A stretch of DNA of 64,000 nt from an uncultured Elusimicrobia bacterium (GTDB taxonomy: Bacteria; Elusimicrobiota; Elusimicrobia; 2-01-FULL-59-12), in contig OY969767.1 in the NCBI GenBank assembly GCA_963702895.1, positions 2,528,001 to 2,592,000 of the forward strand, written 5' to 3'. This document shows positions 28,673-38,664 of this stretch, piece by piece. The stretch's first letter is position 1. Each line of letters starts with the position of its first letter. Made by a program: the position numbers and the translations under genes. Below the pieces are notes generated by a model. The model had not been told where the DNA came from and did not search any database. It was given only the letters and a program-made list of their open reading frames with translations.

Positions 28673-28873
28673 CTACTTGGCTTCGATCGTGCTCTGAAAA
28701 CCTGCTTTGGAGTGGGCCCCATCACAAGAGGGCTTTTTGGCCGAATGCCCACAACGGCAAAGCGCGACTTGCGAAGAGGATTGTAGAGTTTTTCCGTTGC
28801 TATCGAGAACGTCGATCGGGCCTTTGACTAACAGGGGCCCGTTCTTTAAGACTTGGATCTTGACTTCGGCCAT
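28673..28873 (-). CDS. CDGSH iron-sulfur domain protein
   Basis: NGPLLV...ALCRCGHS..KPSCDGAH; AGGAGG RBS. Confidence 0.9.
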   Translation of the reverse strand: MAEVKIQVLKNGPLLVKGPIDVLDSNGKTLQSSSQVALCRCGHSAKKPSCDGAHSKAGFQSTIEAK

Positions 28874-29657
28874 GGATAACCTCCTTATCGATATACCACC
28901 TGAGTTCCCCTTGCGCCGGTTGAACGAGACTGGCAGGCGCCTGAGGGTTGAGACCTTTTTGCACTTCTGAAAACGCTTCGGATTTTTTGGCACCCGTGAC
29001 CAAAAACCAGATGTGGCTGGCGGAGTTGAACACGGGATAGGTGAGCGTGAGGCGCACGGTCTGCAGCGAACGCACCACATTATGCACCACCCAGCGAGGC
29101 TGGGGGATGCTGTCCGAGTCCGCGTCTTGGGCTCGACGCTTTTCCGTCGACTCTTCCAAGTGCTGGCTGACCGCGGGCGTGCCTGGCATGAGCGAGGCCG
29201 TATGCCCATCCGGCCCCATGCCCAGAAAAACTAAATCAAATTGAGGCCAGACTTTCGCATCCCGAAAGAAGGACCGCATCTGGTTCTCATAATCCCGAGC
29301 GGCCTGAGGTGGCGGATCTTCGCCATGCATACGGATCACATGGGAAGGCGGTATGGGCACATGCTGAAGCAGGGCCTCCGCCGCCATACGGAAATTGGAG
29401 TCTTGGTGTTCCTTGGGGACACAGCGTTCATCCCCCCAAAAGAACCACAGCTTGGCCCAAGGGATAGCGGATTGATAGGGCTCCTTGGCCAGACGCGCGT
29501 AAAACTGCTTGGGCGTTTGTCCGCCGGCCAGCGCAATCGCGATACGCTGTCGATCCGCCAGGGTCCGCGTGATGAACTCGGAAAAATCGGTCGCGACGCG
29601 CTCCGCCAGCGCTTCCGGTGTGTCCGAGAGGATGATGTTGGGTTGGTTCATGCTCAA
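28800..29657 (-). CDS. pgl: 6-phosphogluconolactonase
   Basis: LAGGQTP, WGDERCVP, LGMGPDGHTASL. Confidence 0.93.
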   Translation of the reverse strand: MSMNQPNIILSDTPEALAERVATDFSEFITRTLADRQRIAIALAGGQTPKQFYARLAKEPYQSAIPWAKLWFFWGDERCVPKEHQDSNFRMAAEALLQHVPIPPSHVIRMHGEDPPPQAARDYENQMRSFFRDAKVWPQFDLVFLGMGPDGHTASLMPGTPAVSQHLEESTEKRRAQDADSDSIPQPRWVVHNVVRSLQTVRLTLTYPVFNSASHIWFLVTGAKKSEAFSEVQKGLNPQAPASLVQPAQGELRWYIDKEVIHGRSQDPSLKERAPVSQRPDRRSR

Positions 29658-29669
29658 GAAGGCACCGTC

Positions 29670-30782
29670 TTACCTTGACACGACCTTTAAGGCTTCGCGT
29701 TTTTGCTCAAGACTTTTCATGAGATCATCGTAGGCGTCCGTAAAGAGCTTAAGGCCTTCCACCTCTAGCTGTTGCGTGACCGATTCCATGGAGATCCCCC
29801 TCTGGCCCAGGTCATTCAACAAGCGGTCCGCTGCCGCGGCATCCCCCGGGAGGGCAAGCCGACATTGAGCGTGGTCCCGTGCGGCCTCAACCGTCGCCAG
29901 CGGCAGGGTGTTGACGGTATCGGCGCCAATGAGTTCTTCCACATAAAGAACATCCCGGTACTTGGGGTTTTTCGTGCTGGTGGAGGCCCAGAGGGGCCGC
30001 TGGACGCGGGCCCCCTTGGAGGCAAGGGCCTGGAAACGTGGGCTGTTCTTCACCTTCAAAAACATCGCATAAGCCAGACGGGCGTTCGCAATGGCGGCTT
30101 TGCCCAGGAGCGTCTCGTAGCCTGCCGGTTTCAGCTGTTCCAGAAGACCGTCCACGGCGCTATCGACACGACTCACGAAGAAACTGGCGACGGAGGCGAC
30201 GGAGGAAAGCGGCTGGCCTGATTGGCCCAGGCGCTCAAGGCCTGCGAGCCAAGCGTTCAGGACTTCCTCATAGCGCTTGAGCGCGAAGATCAACGTCACA
30301 TTGACAGGCACGCCTTCTCCGAGGAGTTGCTCGACAGCAGGCAGGCCTTCGCGCGTCGCGGGGACTTTGATCATGACGTTCGGGCGCGAGACCGCTTGGA
30401 AAAGACGCCGCGCCTCTTCCAGAGTGCCACGGGTATCGCGCGCCAAGTGAGGATTGACTTCGAGCGAAACGTAACCATCAACCCCGCCTGTCTGATCGAA
30501 GATGCCACGAAAGATATCGCAGGCTTTCTGGATATCCTCAATGGCGAGTGCTTCAAAGATTTGGCTGGAGCTTTGGCCTTTTCGAATCAGGGAAGAGATC
30601 GCTTCATCGTATTCCTGGCCCCCCGTGATCGCCTTTTGGAAGATCGTGGGGTTGGAGGTGACGCCCGTTAAACCATCCTGAGCGAGGAGCTGGGAAAGCT
30701 TACCCTCCGACATAAATTTCCGGGTAATAAAATCGAGCCAGAGGCTCTGGCCGGCCTGGTGGATTTGGAGGAGCGCATTCAT
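29670..30782 (-). CDS. tal: Transaldolase
   Basis: GQSLWLD, GVTSNPTIF, MIKVPAT, ASFFVSRVD, RPLWAST. Confidence 0.95.
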   Translation of the reverse strand: MNALLQIHQAGQSLWLDFITRKFMSEGKLSQLLAQDGLTGVTSNPTIFQKAITGGQEYDEAISSLIRKGQSSSQIFEALAIEDIQKACDIFRGIFDQTGGVDGYVSLEVNPHLARDTRGTLEEARRLFQAVSRPNVMIKVPATREGLPAVEQLLGEGVPVNVTLIFALKRYEEVLNAWLAGLERLGQSGQPLSSVASVASFFVSRVDSAVDGLLEQLKPAGYETLLGKAAIANARLAYAMFLKVKNSPRFQALASKGARVQRPLWASTSTKNPKYRDVLYVEELIGADTVNTLPLATVEAARDHAQCRLALPGDAAAADRLLNDLGQRGISMESVTQQLEVEGLKLFTDAYDDLMKSLEQKREALKVVSR

Positions 30783-31658
30783 TTACGGTCTCTCTTTCCG
30801 ATAGATGCGAATTTTCTGATCAACGCGAGGGACAATCGCGAGGAAATAGGGATGGCTCATGGGGGTCGTGCTGATTTGCGTCGTAGTGGCCGGCGCGGGG
30901 ACGGGCGGCGCCAGGATACGGTAAGGCGCTGACATGGCTCCCTCCATTTCTTCGATCACGCCAAGGTCGATCGACGCGCCCGGGGGGCTGGCGCCGGCGA
31001 AAATACCCAGAAGGAGTTTTGTGTTAAAGTCGATCGCGGGCCGTGGCCCTTGGAGGCCCATCTCTCCCCAAAGTTGTTCCCAGGCGTCCAAGCGCCTGAC
31101 GACCACCACGCGCGGTTCCTGTATGCCGCTGTCTGTGCCCTTGAGCGATTGGAGGACCGGCAACGTGAGCGGCGGTTTTGGCGGTTCGGGAGGCTTTACG
31201 GCTGGCACAGCTTTAGCCGTCGAAGAAGCTTCGGATTTCGGTGCTGTTGGTTCGGGAGGAACCGGTTCAGATTTCTCTAAGACGGGCTCGGATGGCTGTT
31301 GTTTTAATGACAAGTCCGAGGGAGCAGACTTCCTGTGCGTCTGCGCGCGCCGCGCGTAGCCCCAATACGCCAAACCGACTAAGGCAACGAGAAATACAAC
31401 AAGCTTCCATCTTCCTGAAGTGGCTGGGCTATTCATAAAAGATTTGCCTTGTCGCGCCAGAAAAAGGTTGGGTATTCGTTCCGGCGAGGCTTTCTTGAGC
31501 GCCTCACGATTGCTGCGCGCTTGCTTGGCGCGCGCCTTATTGAGCGCGGCCTGGCATTTCTCGCAGGCCACCGCATGGGCCTCAATCTGCCGACTGCGGC
31601 TCTCTGTAAGTCCTCCGGCCAGATAGACCGTAATCTCGGATTTAATGTGATCGTTCAC
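30783..31658 (-). CDS. zf-HC2 anti-sigma-like membrane protein with a PrcB_C-like C-terminus; GTG start supplied by the IS end
   Basis: HAVACEKC, one TM segment, Pro-rich linker, PAIDF...HPYFLAIVP. Confidence 0.65.
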   Translation of the reverse strand: MNDHIKSEITVYLAGGLTESRSRQIEAHAVACEKCQAALNKARAKQARSNREALKKASPERIPNLFLARQGKSFMNSPATSGRWKLVVFLVALVGLAYWGYARRAQTHRKSAPSDLSLKQQPSEPVLEKSEPVPPEPTAPKSEASSTAKAVPAVKPPEPPKPPLTLPVLQSLKGTDSGIQEPRVVVVRRLDAWEQLWGEMGLQGPRPAIDFNTKLLLGIFAGASPPGASIDLGVIEEMEGAMSAPYRILAPPVPAPATTTQISTTPMSHPYFLAIVPRVDQKIRIYRKERP

Positions 31659-32927
31659 TGGTGTCCGGTAAAAGTTAGCCGAAGCTTAGCCATAGCTGAG
31701 GCTCCATAGTTCGAACTTTTGAAAGATTCTTTTCGGGCATACGCAATAGATCGATGAGACTGAGCCGGTCGAGAAGGGTATTCTGAACCAACCGGTGCAG
31801 CAAGAACAGCGAACGCTGGAATCGTGTCTGGAACTTGATGTAGGCCAGGAGCAGGAAATAGCACAAGGCCACCCAGATTTGGGTAAAGACGGCATTTTTG
31901 GAAGTGCCGAGGAACGTTTTGATTTTGAGATGCTGCTTGAGCCACTTGAAGAACAGCTCGATCTGCCAACGGGCCTTATAGATTTGGGCAATGGTGAAAG
32001 CGGCCAGTTTGAAGTTATTGGTCATAAACTGGTAAGTGATGGCGGTGTCGGCATCGTAGTAGCCGATGAGTCGTAAAGGTTTCTTGTATTTCGTCTTGGT
32101 GCGTGGGCCTGTAAGCTCAATGGTGCGATCGTACAACAGGCCGTTTTTTAAGGGAATTTCTTGCTGTCCGGTGATGCGGCAGGTGAGGTTGTCTTTGGCA
32201 CGGGTGACGAAGAAAGAGCCGAGATCGTCGATCTGACGGTACCAGCCGTAATCCATGTAGCCGCGGTCGAAGACATAGATGCTGTCCGGTTCTAAGGGAA
32301 AAAGACGTTTGGCGGCATGGTCGAAGCACTTTCCATCGGTGATGACGGCAAAGGAAGGGATTTGGCCACGCAAGTCCAGTTGGCAATGCAGTTTGATCGC
32401 TCCTTTGGCCTGTTTAAAGGTGGCCCAAGGGAAAAGGTTCAGGCACAGTTCCATGTTCGTGGAATCGAAGCAGGTCACTTTGTGTTTAAAACGGAACTGA
32501 TGCTTAGGCGCGATGGCTTGGCACCGATCCAGCAGGTGATAGAAGAGCTTTTCCATGATGCGCCAGTCGCGCCCAGCGTTAGCGTCAGCCAGGGTAGAAC
32601 GTTTCACTGGCGGCAGCCCCAAGTGATAGAGCTTGGGTTGTTGCGTGCCTAAAGCCGTCTGGATGTCACGCAGGCTTGTTTTACCGCTGGCCTGAGCATA
32701 GAGGAGTGTCGTGAGCTGGTTCCAAGTCGAGAATTTTTTAACGTAGGCGTCGCCGCCGAAGCCAGAAACGGCTTGGTCGAACTGATGTCGTGGTAAAAGG
32801 AGAAGCAGTTGGTTCATTATGGTGTTAGAATGCATGAGCGAAATCCTCCCTCGGACAGAATGGTTTGCTTGGTCGCAATCATTCTACCGAACCAGGGGGA
32901 TTTCGCATTTTTAACCGGACACGAGTG
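31656..32927 (-). mobile_element. IS4-family insertion sequence
   Basis: TIRs CACTGGTGTCCGGTAAAA / CACTCGTGTCCGGTTAAAA; 9-bp TSD GTGATCGTT at 31647-31655 and 32928-32936. Confidence 0.95.
31675..32835 (-). CDS. IS4-family DDE transposase (DUF4372 N-terminus)
   Basis: SLRDI, RSTLADAN, VFDRGY, YKARWQIELFFKWLKQ. Confidence 0.95.
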   Translation of the reverse strand: MHSNTIMNQLLLLLPRHQFDQAVSGFGGDAYVKKFSTWNQLTTLLYAQASGKTSLRDIQTALGTQQPKLYHLGLPPVKRSTLADANAGRDWRIMEKLFYHLLDRCQAIAPKHQFRFKHKVTCFDSTNMELCLNLFPWATFKQAKGAIKLHCQLDLRGQIPSFAVITDGKCFDHAAKRLFPLEPDSIYVFDRGYMDYGWYRQIDDLGSFFVTRAKDNLTCRITGQQEIPLKNGLLYDRTIELTGPRTKTKYKKPLRLIGYYDADTAITYQFMTNNFKLAAFTIAQIYKARWQIELFFKWLKQHLKIKTFLGTSKNAVFTQIWVALCYFLLLAYIKFQTRFQRSLFLLHRLVQNTLLDRLSLIDLLRMPEKNLSKVRTMEPQLWLSFG

Positions 32928-32967
32928 GTGATCGTTCATAAAATGATCGCCTCGCCGATTCCTGTCA

Positions 32968-33058
32968 CGGAGGGAGAGGGATTCGAACCCTCGGTACGGG
33001 TTTTCACCCGTACAGCGGTTTAGCAAACCGCCGCACTAGACCACTATGCGACCCCTCC
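32968..33058 (-). tRNA. tRNA-Ser(GCT), CCA not encoded
   Basis: GGAGGGGTCGCATAGTGG...GCGGT TTGCTAA ACCGC, long variable arm, GGTTCGAATCC. Confidence 0.95.
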
Positions 33059-33259
33059 GTGACAGGGACCGATACAAAATCTGCGCCCTGAAGAGACACC
33101 CTCCTTCGGCGGGTCTCTTTAGAGACTATTCGTCTGTGGCGGATTATAACAAAGGCATGCGGTCCGCCCGCTTGCCTGGAGTGCTATGCACACCATCTGC
33201 CAGAGTGTACAATGTGCTCCGGTACTGAGGGATCCTGCTATTCCTACAAGGAGGCTTCT

Positions 33260-33676
33260 ATGCTGAAAGAATTCAAAGAGTTTGCGATGCGCGGCAATGT
33301 GATCGATCTGGCTGTCGGTGTCATCATTGGCGGGGCTTTTGGGAAGATTGTCTCGTCCCTGGTGAACGATGTCCTCATGCCACCCATGGGTCTGTTAATC
33401 GGGAATGTTGATTTTAGCGACCTGGCGTTCAAGCTCAGCTCCCCCATTGGCGACGCCAAGGCCGTGACCATCAATTACGGCCTCTTCATCAACAACGTGA
33501 TCAACTTCGTCATTGTCGCTTTTTCAATCTTCATGGTGATCAAAGCACTCAACAGCATGAAGAAGTCCCAGCCCGCGCCAGCGCCGGCTCCGACAGAAAA
33601 GAATTGCCCGCAATGCTTGATGGTGGTTCCACTCGCCGCCAAGAAGTGCGGCCACTGCACCTCGCCGATCGCTTAA
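33260..33676 (+). CDS. mscL: Large-conductance mechanosensitive channel with a C-terminal double-CxxC tail
   Basis: [32 protein letters not shown]...CGHC. Confidence 0.95.
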   Translation: MLKEFKEFAMRGNVIDLAVGVIIGGAFGKIVSSLVNDVLMPPMGLLIGNVDFSDLAFKLSSPIGDAKAVTINYGLFINNVINFVIVAFSIFMVIKALNSMKKSQPAPAPAPTEKNCPQCLMVVPLAAKKCGHCTSPIA

Positions 33677-33702
33677 TCTTGTATTAGTAAAGGAGATTAC
33701 CC

Positions 33703-34440
33703 ATGAACCGCAAAATACAGCGCGCGACCTGGATGGCCTTGCTCCTCGCGAGCGCCTTCCTCCCCGTCGCCTGGGCTGAAGAAGCCCCCGCGAAACCTTG
33801 GAAGAACACCACCGACGCCGCCGTGGCCAGCACCAACGGCAACAGCAAGAACACCACCACCAGTGTCAAGAACGCTTTTTTATACAAGTGGTCGAAGACA
33901 ACGCTGGAGATCATCGGGGGGGGTCTGGGATCCTCCAGCGGTGATGAGGTGACTTCCGAGCAGTATTTCGCGAATGAAAAAATGACCTACAACTTCACAG
34001 AAAAGAATTATCTCTATGAGCGGTTCTCTTGGGAGAAGAACCGCTTCGCCGGGTTTCGTAACCGGTGGGACGGCTCGGCAGGTCTTGGCCGCAATCTCTT
34101 GAACAAGCCCAAGGACAAACTGGACGGCGAGCTCGGCGCCGGCTATCTCAATGAAGAGCGCATCGACTCGCCCCGGTATGACTTTGCCTCAGGGCGCGCC
34201 TACGCGAAATACGTTCGCCTTTTTAGCGAGACGGCCGATTTCAGCCAGTCTGTCGAATACATTCATAATTTCGATGACACCGACGGCTATCATGTCAACA
34301 CGGAAACCGCGCTCAGGGCAGCCCTTACCACCAAAGTCTCTCTCAAAGTGTCTTACGTCTGGAACCGGGCTGGACAGCCGGCGCCCGGCTACGGCAAAGA
34401 TGACACGAAGGTCCTGGCAGGCTTAAGTTTGACTTTTTAA
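33703..34440 (+). CDS. DUF481/YdiY-family outer-membrane beta-barrel
   Basis: Signal peptide, TNGNSKNTT, ends GLSLTF. Confidence 0.8.
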   Translation: MNRKIQRATWMALLLASAFLPVAWAEEAPAKPWKNTTDAAVASTNGNSKNTTTSVKNAFLYKWSKTTLEIIGGGLGSSSGDEVTSEQYFANEKMTYNFTEKNYLYERFSWEKNRFAGFRNRWDGSAGLGRNLLNKPKDKLDGELGAGYLNEERIDSPRYDFASGRAYAKYVRLFSETADFSQSVEYIHNFDDTDGYHVNTETALRAALTTKVSLKVSYVWNRAGQPAPGYGKDDTKVLAGLSLTF

Positions 34441-34486
34441 ATCAAAGGCTTCCCCCTGTCGGCCTTCTAGCGCACGACAGGGAGGG

Positions 34487-34768
34487 TTAGAGGATGTCAA
34501 ACGATGGGGAGACCTGAGAGGGCGCTGCCCAGGATGCGACGACCGATTCGACCCTCGAAAGTGGCGGCCCTTCGTTGAGGCGTTCCCGCAGGCTTTGAAG
34601 CCGGGAACGCGGGCCCTGCGCGTAGACTTCAACGGAACCGTCTGGAAGATTGCGGACCCAACCGGTAAGCCCCCATTCGATCGCGACCTCCTGCGTAAAA
34701 TAACGAAATCCTACGCCTTGGACACGGCCTCGAACGACAAGATGAATAGCAGAAATTGGAGGTTGCAT
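34487..34768 (-). CDS. acyP: Acylphosphatase
   Basis: GRVQGVGFR, GWVRNLPDGSVE. Confidence 0.93.
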   Translation of the reverse strand: MQPPISAIHLVVRGRVQGVGFRYFTQEVAIEWGLTGWVRNLPDGSVEVYAQGPRSRLQSLRERLNEGPPLSRVESVVASWAAPSQVSPSFDIL

Positions 34769-34776
34769 AAATGATC

Positions 34777-34854
34777 GATCCCGTCCCCATCCCTATAACT
34801 TCTTGAAAGGGACAGTCCCCCGGACGTAAGGGGGACGGTTTTCGCCGGGATGAC
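34777..34854 (-). repeat. GTCA-type REP carrying a 54-bp twin-hairpin insertion
   Basis: GTCATCCCGGCGAAAACCG|TCCCCCTTACGTCCGGGGGACTGTCCC...GGGGACG|GGATC; homologues at 54740 and 62146. Confidence 0.8.
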
Positions 34855-34882
34855 GCCGTTCCCTATGGGTATAGGGCCGGCG

Positions 34883-35239
34883 TCACTTAATGATAGCGAG
34901 TTTTCCTGAGGCGTGGTTGCCTTGGGGATCGATGAGAAGGTAGATGTAAATGCCGGAGGCCACGGCTTCACCGGAACTGTTGGTGCGGTCCCACAGGGCC
35001 TGGCCTGAAGAATCGGCCGTAATGTCCTTGACCAGATGTGCCGCGATCGTGAAGATTTTGACATGGGTCCCCACGGGGATCCCGGCGAATGTGACGAACA
35101 TGCCGGCATGTCGGTCGACCCGCCAGGGGTTCGGGTAGGCTTTGGCGCCGCTCAAAGGAGAGGTGGCCACACGGCCTGCCCAGAGCGGCGAAAGGGCAAA
35201 GCAGAGAGTCAGAACACCCCAAAGAGCAATTTTTTTCAT
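34883..35239 (-). CDS. Stand-alone T9SS-CTD/FlgD-Ig-like domain protein with signal peptide
   Basis: AYPNP...VKIFTIAAHLVK...WD.TN..G..VASGIYIY...GKLAIIK. Confidence 0.8.
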   Translation of the reverse strand: MKKIALWGVLTLCFALSPLWAGRVATSPLSGAKAYPNPWRVDRHAGMFVTFAGIPVGTHVKIFTIAAHLVKDITADSSGQALWDRTNSSGEAVASGIYIYLLIDPQGNHASGKLAIIK

Positions 35240-35243
35240 GGAA

Positions 35244-36371
35244 TTACCGAGGGATCTCTTCTCCGGCACTCTTGCGGCGCGCCAGATGAGAGTCGTCATC
35301 AGACAGGAGCTGCATGAGCTGCTGATATTCGGGTTCCGTGTCATCTTCTTTGTTCTGGCCAGATCGGACCGTCCGGTGCTTTTTAATGTTCTGATAGTGA
35401 ATCAGGTTCCGCTTCTGTTCCTCGATGGCGCCAAAGCGAACAAGCAGGGAAATGTACTGGGCGTCCCCAAGCTCCCCGTAAGGGGACCAGGCATAAGCCA
35501 GCTCCTGTCCCCAGAGGTGAACGCCAAGCCCGGCCGTCAGCCCGGCGAGCGCGCTCAACTCCTTTAAGGTATCCGTTTTATACCCCATGCGCAAGGACAC
35601 GGCTTCCAGAGGCCGCCACTGTCCGCCCAAATGAAAACTTGCGGGGCCATGCCTGCGATACACAACTTCTGTGGACGCCAGGTAACGGGAGTTCGGACGC
35701 CAGGCTCCTCCCAGCTTCAGAGCGAACGGAAGATCATCCCCCTCGCTAATAAATTTGAGTTTGCTGCCCATATTCACCAAAGAGGCGCCCAACTGGACCT
35801 TATCTGTCCACTGATAATGCCCGGCCAAATCCGCCGCGTAGGCGCTTGCGGAAACATCATCCAACTTGGCGCTGATCATTTTACCCGTGAGGCCAAGAGC
35901 AAGCTTTTCCGTAACGGTCTGGCCATAGGACAAATTATACGAAGCGTAATAGTTTGAGAATTCGTCCGTTAAGGCGCCCGTCTCATCCCGGCCTGTGATG
36001 TCACCGGACCCTAAGTACTGAACAGAGAACCCGATGCCACGATGCGTTTTGGAATCGCGTTGCTTCGCAAAGGGATGCACGTAGCTGACATACTCATAAT
36101 GGATCGCGTCTAAATAGGAGAGATGTTGGCCGGCCAGCTCATGACCGCTTAAGCGGGCAAGTCCTGCCGGGTTCCAGACTGGAGCATAGGCGTTGGTCGC
36201 TAAGGCTGTATACGCCGACCCCAAGGCTGCAGGACCGGCGCCCACCGGGATATCCAGGAATGACGCTCCTTCTTTGCCAGCGGAGGCCATGGCCGGATAG
36301 GACTTCAGGATCATTCCCGCGAGCACGAGGCCGCGCAGGAGATATTTGATGATGATTTTTTTGTTGGTCAT
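35244..36371 (-). CDS. PorV/PorQ-family outer-membrane protein
   Basis: FLDIPVGA...ALGSAYTA...WNPAGLA, YGELG near the C-terminus. Confidence 0.85.
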   Translation of the reverse strand: MTNKKIIIKYLLRGLVLAGMILKSYPAMASAGKEGASFLDIPVGAGPAALGSAYTALATNAYAPVWNPAGLARLSGHELAGQHLSYLDAIHYEYVSYVHPFAKQRDSKTHRGIGFSVQYLGSGDITGRDETGALTDEFSNYYASYNLSYGQTVTEKLALGLTGKMISAKLDDVSASAYAADLAGHYQWTDKVQLGASLVNMGSKLKFISEGDDLPFALKLGGAWRPNSRYLASTEVVYRRHGPASFHLGGQWRPLEAVSLRMGYKTDTLKELSALAGLTAGLGVHLWGQELAYAWSPYGELGDAQYISLLVRFGAIEEQKRNLIHYQNIKKHRTVRSGQNKEDDTEPEYQQLMQLLSDDDSHLARRKSAGEEIPR

Positions 36372-36542
36372 ATTTTATTCTCCGAACCAAGTCTGACTGA
36401 ATATTGTTAAGCTCATATGACGCGCATGTTAATTCAAAGTAACAATTCATCACTAGCGCGATTGTTATGTAATGTAAAGTAAATTTAAGTTGAGTTAACT
36501 ATTGCTCAGTTTGCTTTGATATATAGATATGAAATGATGCAG

Positions 36543-38627
36543 CTACTTCTGGCGTGGGAGATGCTTTGCGCGGGAGTAATATTTTTTAGCTTCTGCTGGG
36601 TTGGGATTAAGACCTAACCATCCATTTTCATAACACTTACCTAGAAGCTCCATGCCTTCCTTGCTGCCTGCTTCTGCCGCTGCTTTGATCCAATGGAGGG
36701 CTGCCTTATTGCTCTTCTTGACACCCTCTCCCTTGGCATAGAGCTGTCCCAGGCCAAGACAGGCCGCGGCATGGCCTTTCTCGCCTGCTTTTCGGTACCA
36801 CTGGGCGGCTTTGGCCGTGTCGGTCGCAACCCCCACCCCTGTTTCGTACATCACGCCCAGACGATAGGCCGCGTCCAGATTGCCCTGGGCGGCCGCCTGC
36901 GTATACCAATGTGCCGTTTGAGAGAGGTCCTTCGGGAAGCCCTGGCCCAGGTAATACATGGCGCCGACTTTCAGTTGGGATTCGGCGTTGCCCTGACGGG
37001 CAGCCTGTAAATACAACCCGGCGGCTTTGCCGAGGTCTTTTTCGCCCGCCATGCCCGTCTCATAAAGATAGGCGAGCTGCAGTACCGCAGAGAGATTCCC
37101 CTGATCAGCGGCTTTCTTCAACCACACGACAGCCTGACCTGGATTTTTTGCAACACCCAGACCTTCCAAGTACAGTGACGCGAGCTGGACTTGAGCATCG
37201 ACGAGGCCCTCTTCGGCTGCTTTCGTAATCCATTTGGCGGCGGCCACGGGACTTTTCGGCACGCCCTCGCCATTCAGGAGCATGAGGCCATAATAAAATT
37301 GCGCGTCGACATGGCCTTGCTCAGCGGCTTTTCTGAGATACTCTGCCGCCTGCTTCGGGTCCTTGTTGATGCCCGAACCGTTGGCGAGCATCGCTCCCAC
37401 ATAGACTTGGGCTTCGCTAATGCCCTTGTCCGCCGCCTTCTTGTACCATTCTGTCGCTTGAGCTGGGTCTTTCGCGACACCTTCGCCTGTCGCGTACATC
37501 ACAGCAAGATTGTATTGGGCTTCGCCAATGCCCTTCTCGGCCGCCTTGTGATACCACGAGGCGGCGAGGATCGGGTCCTTCGCCACCCCTTGACCTGTGG
37601 CATACATGACGCCTAAAGTGTATTGAGCTTCGGGCATTCCCATTTCCGCTGCCTTTTTAGCGATGGGAAAGGCCTGAGCGGGGTCCTTCGGGAGTCCGAG
37701 GCGATACTGGGCGCGCGCGTCATGCTGAGCGGCAGCTTGTTCATACCATTGACGTGCGGTCGCAGGATCTTTGGCTGCGCCACGCCCGACAGCCACCATC
37801 TCGGCCAGTGCGAATTGCGCGCCCGCATGGCCTTGTTTGGCCGCCGCGAAATACCACTCTGAGGCTTTGACGAGATCCGCCGGGACACTTTCTCCCCTCT
37901 CCAAGATGGACCCAAGGCGGAATTGTGCCGGGGCATATCCCAGATCGGCCGCTTTTTCGATGAGAGCAATGCCGCCTGGCACATCTTTGGCTGTTCCTTC
38001 TCCTGCAATCATCATCTCGGCCAGTACATAGCGGGACTGAACATGGCCCTGATCGGACGCTTTACGGAACCACTCCGCCGCACGGGCAGGATCTTTGGAA
38101 ACGCCAACACCATGTCGATAGAACACGCCAAGCTGGTATTGTGCCTGAGGGTGGTTTTGTTTCGCGGCCTGCTCCATCCACTTAGCCGCTTCCGCGGGAC
38201 TCTTGGGAACGCCGCTTCCTTCGAGGTACTGCGTCGCTAAAGCGAATTGTGAGTCGGTATCGCCCTGGATCGCAGCCAGGCGGTTGTAATAGGCGGCCCG
38301 CTCGGGGTCTCGGGGCACCCCCACACCTTCGCCGTAGAGGCGCCCCATATGATATTGGGCGACGGCTGATCCCTTATCAGCAGCTCGCTGGATGAAAGGA
38401 GCGCCTTTTTTGGGATCCTTGGAGACTCCCTCTCCGTACACATACATCTTGCCGATCGTAAATTCAGCAAACGTATTGCCTTCCTCCGCCATGGGGGTCA
38501 AGAGCTTGAGCGCAGTCTTGAAATCACCGCGAGTATACGCGGACAGCGCGTCGTCCTGGACAGGCTCGGCCGCGTGTAGAGGGATAACAATTGCGCTGAA
38601 GATTAAAATCTGTAAAGCTTTCCGCAT
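36543..38627 (-). CDS. Secreted Sel1-repeat protein
   Basis: Many 36-aa AQY.LG.MY..G.GV.KD...A..WY.KAA..G repeats. Confidence 0.93.
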   Translation of the reverse strand: MRKALQILIFSAIVIPLHAAEPVQDDALSAYTRGDFKTALKLLTPMAEEGNTFAEFTIGKMYVYGEGVSKDPKKGAPFIQRAADKGSAVAQYHMGRLYGEGVGVPRDPERAAYYNRLAAIQGDTDSQFALATQYLEGSGVPKSPAEAAKWMEQAAKQNHPQAQYQLGVFYRHGVGVSKDPARAAEWFRKASDQGHVQSRYVLAEMMIAGEGTAKDVPGGIALIEKAADLGYAPAQFRLGSILERGESVPADLVKASEWYFAAAKQGHAGAQFALAEMVAVGRGAAKDPATARQWYEQAAAQHDARAQYRLGLPKDPAQAFPIAKKAAEMGMPEAQYTLGVMYATGQGVAKDPILAASWYHKAAEKGIGEAQYNLAVMYATGEGVAKDPAQATEWYKKAADKGISEAQVYVGAMLANGSGINKDPKQAAEYLRKAAEQGHVDAQFYYGLMLLNGEGVPKSPVAAAKWITKAAEEGLVDAQVQLASLYLEGLGVAKNPGQAVVWLKKAADQGNLSAVLQLAYLYETGMAGEKDLGKAAGLYLQAARQGNAESQLKVGAMYYLGQGFPKDLSQTAHWYTQAAAQGNLDAAYRLGVMYETGVGVATDTAKAAQWYRKAGEKGHAAACLGLGQLYAKGEGVKKSNKAALHWIKAAAEAGSKEGMELLGKCYENGWLGLNPNPAEAKKYYSRAKHLPRQK

Positions 38628-38664
38628 GCGAGTGAGTGTAACAGGACATCCCCTTTGTTTCAAT

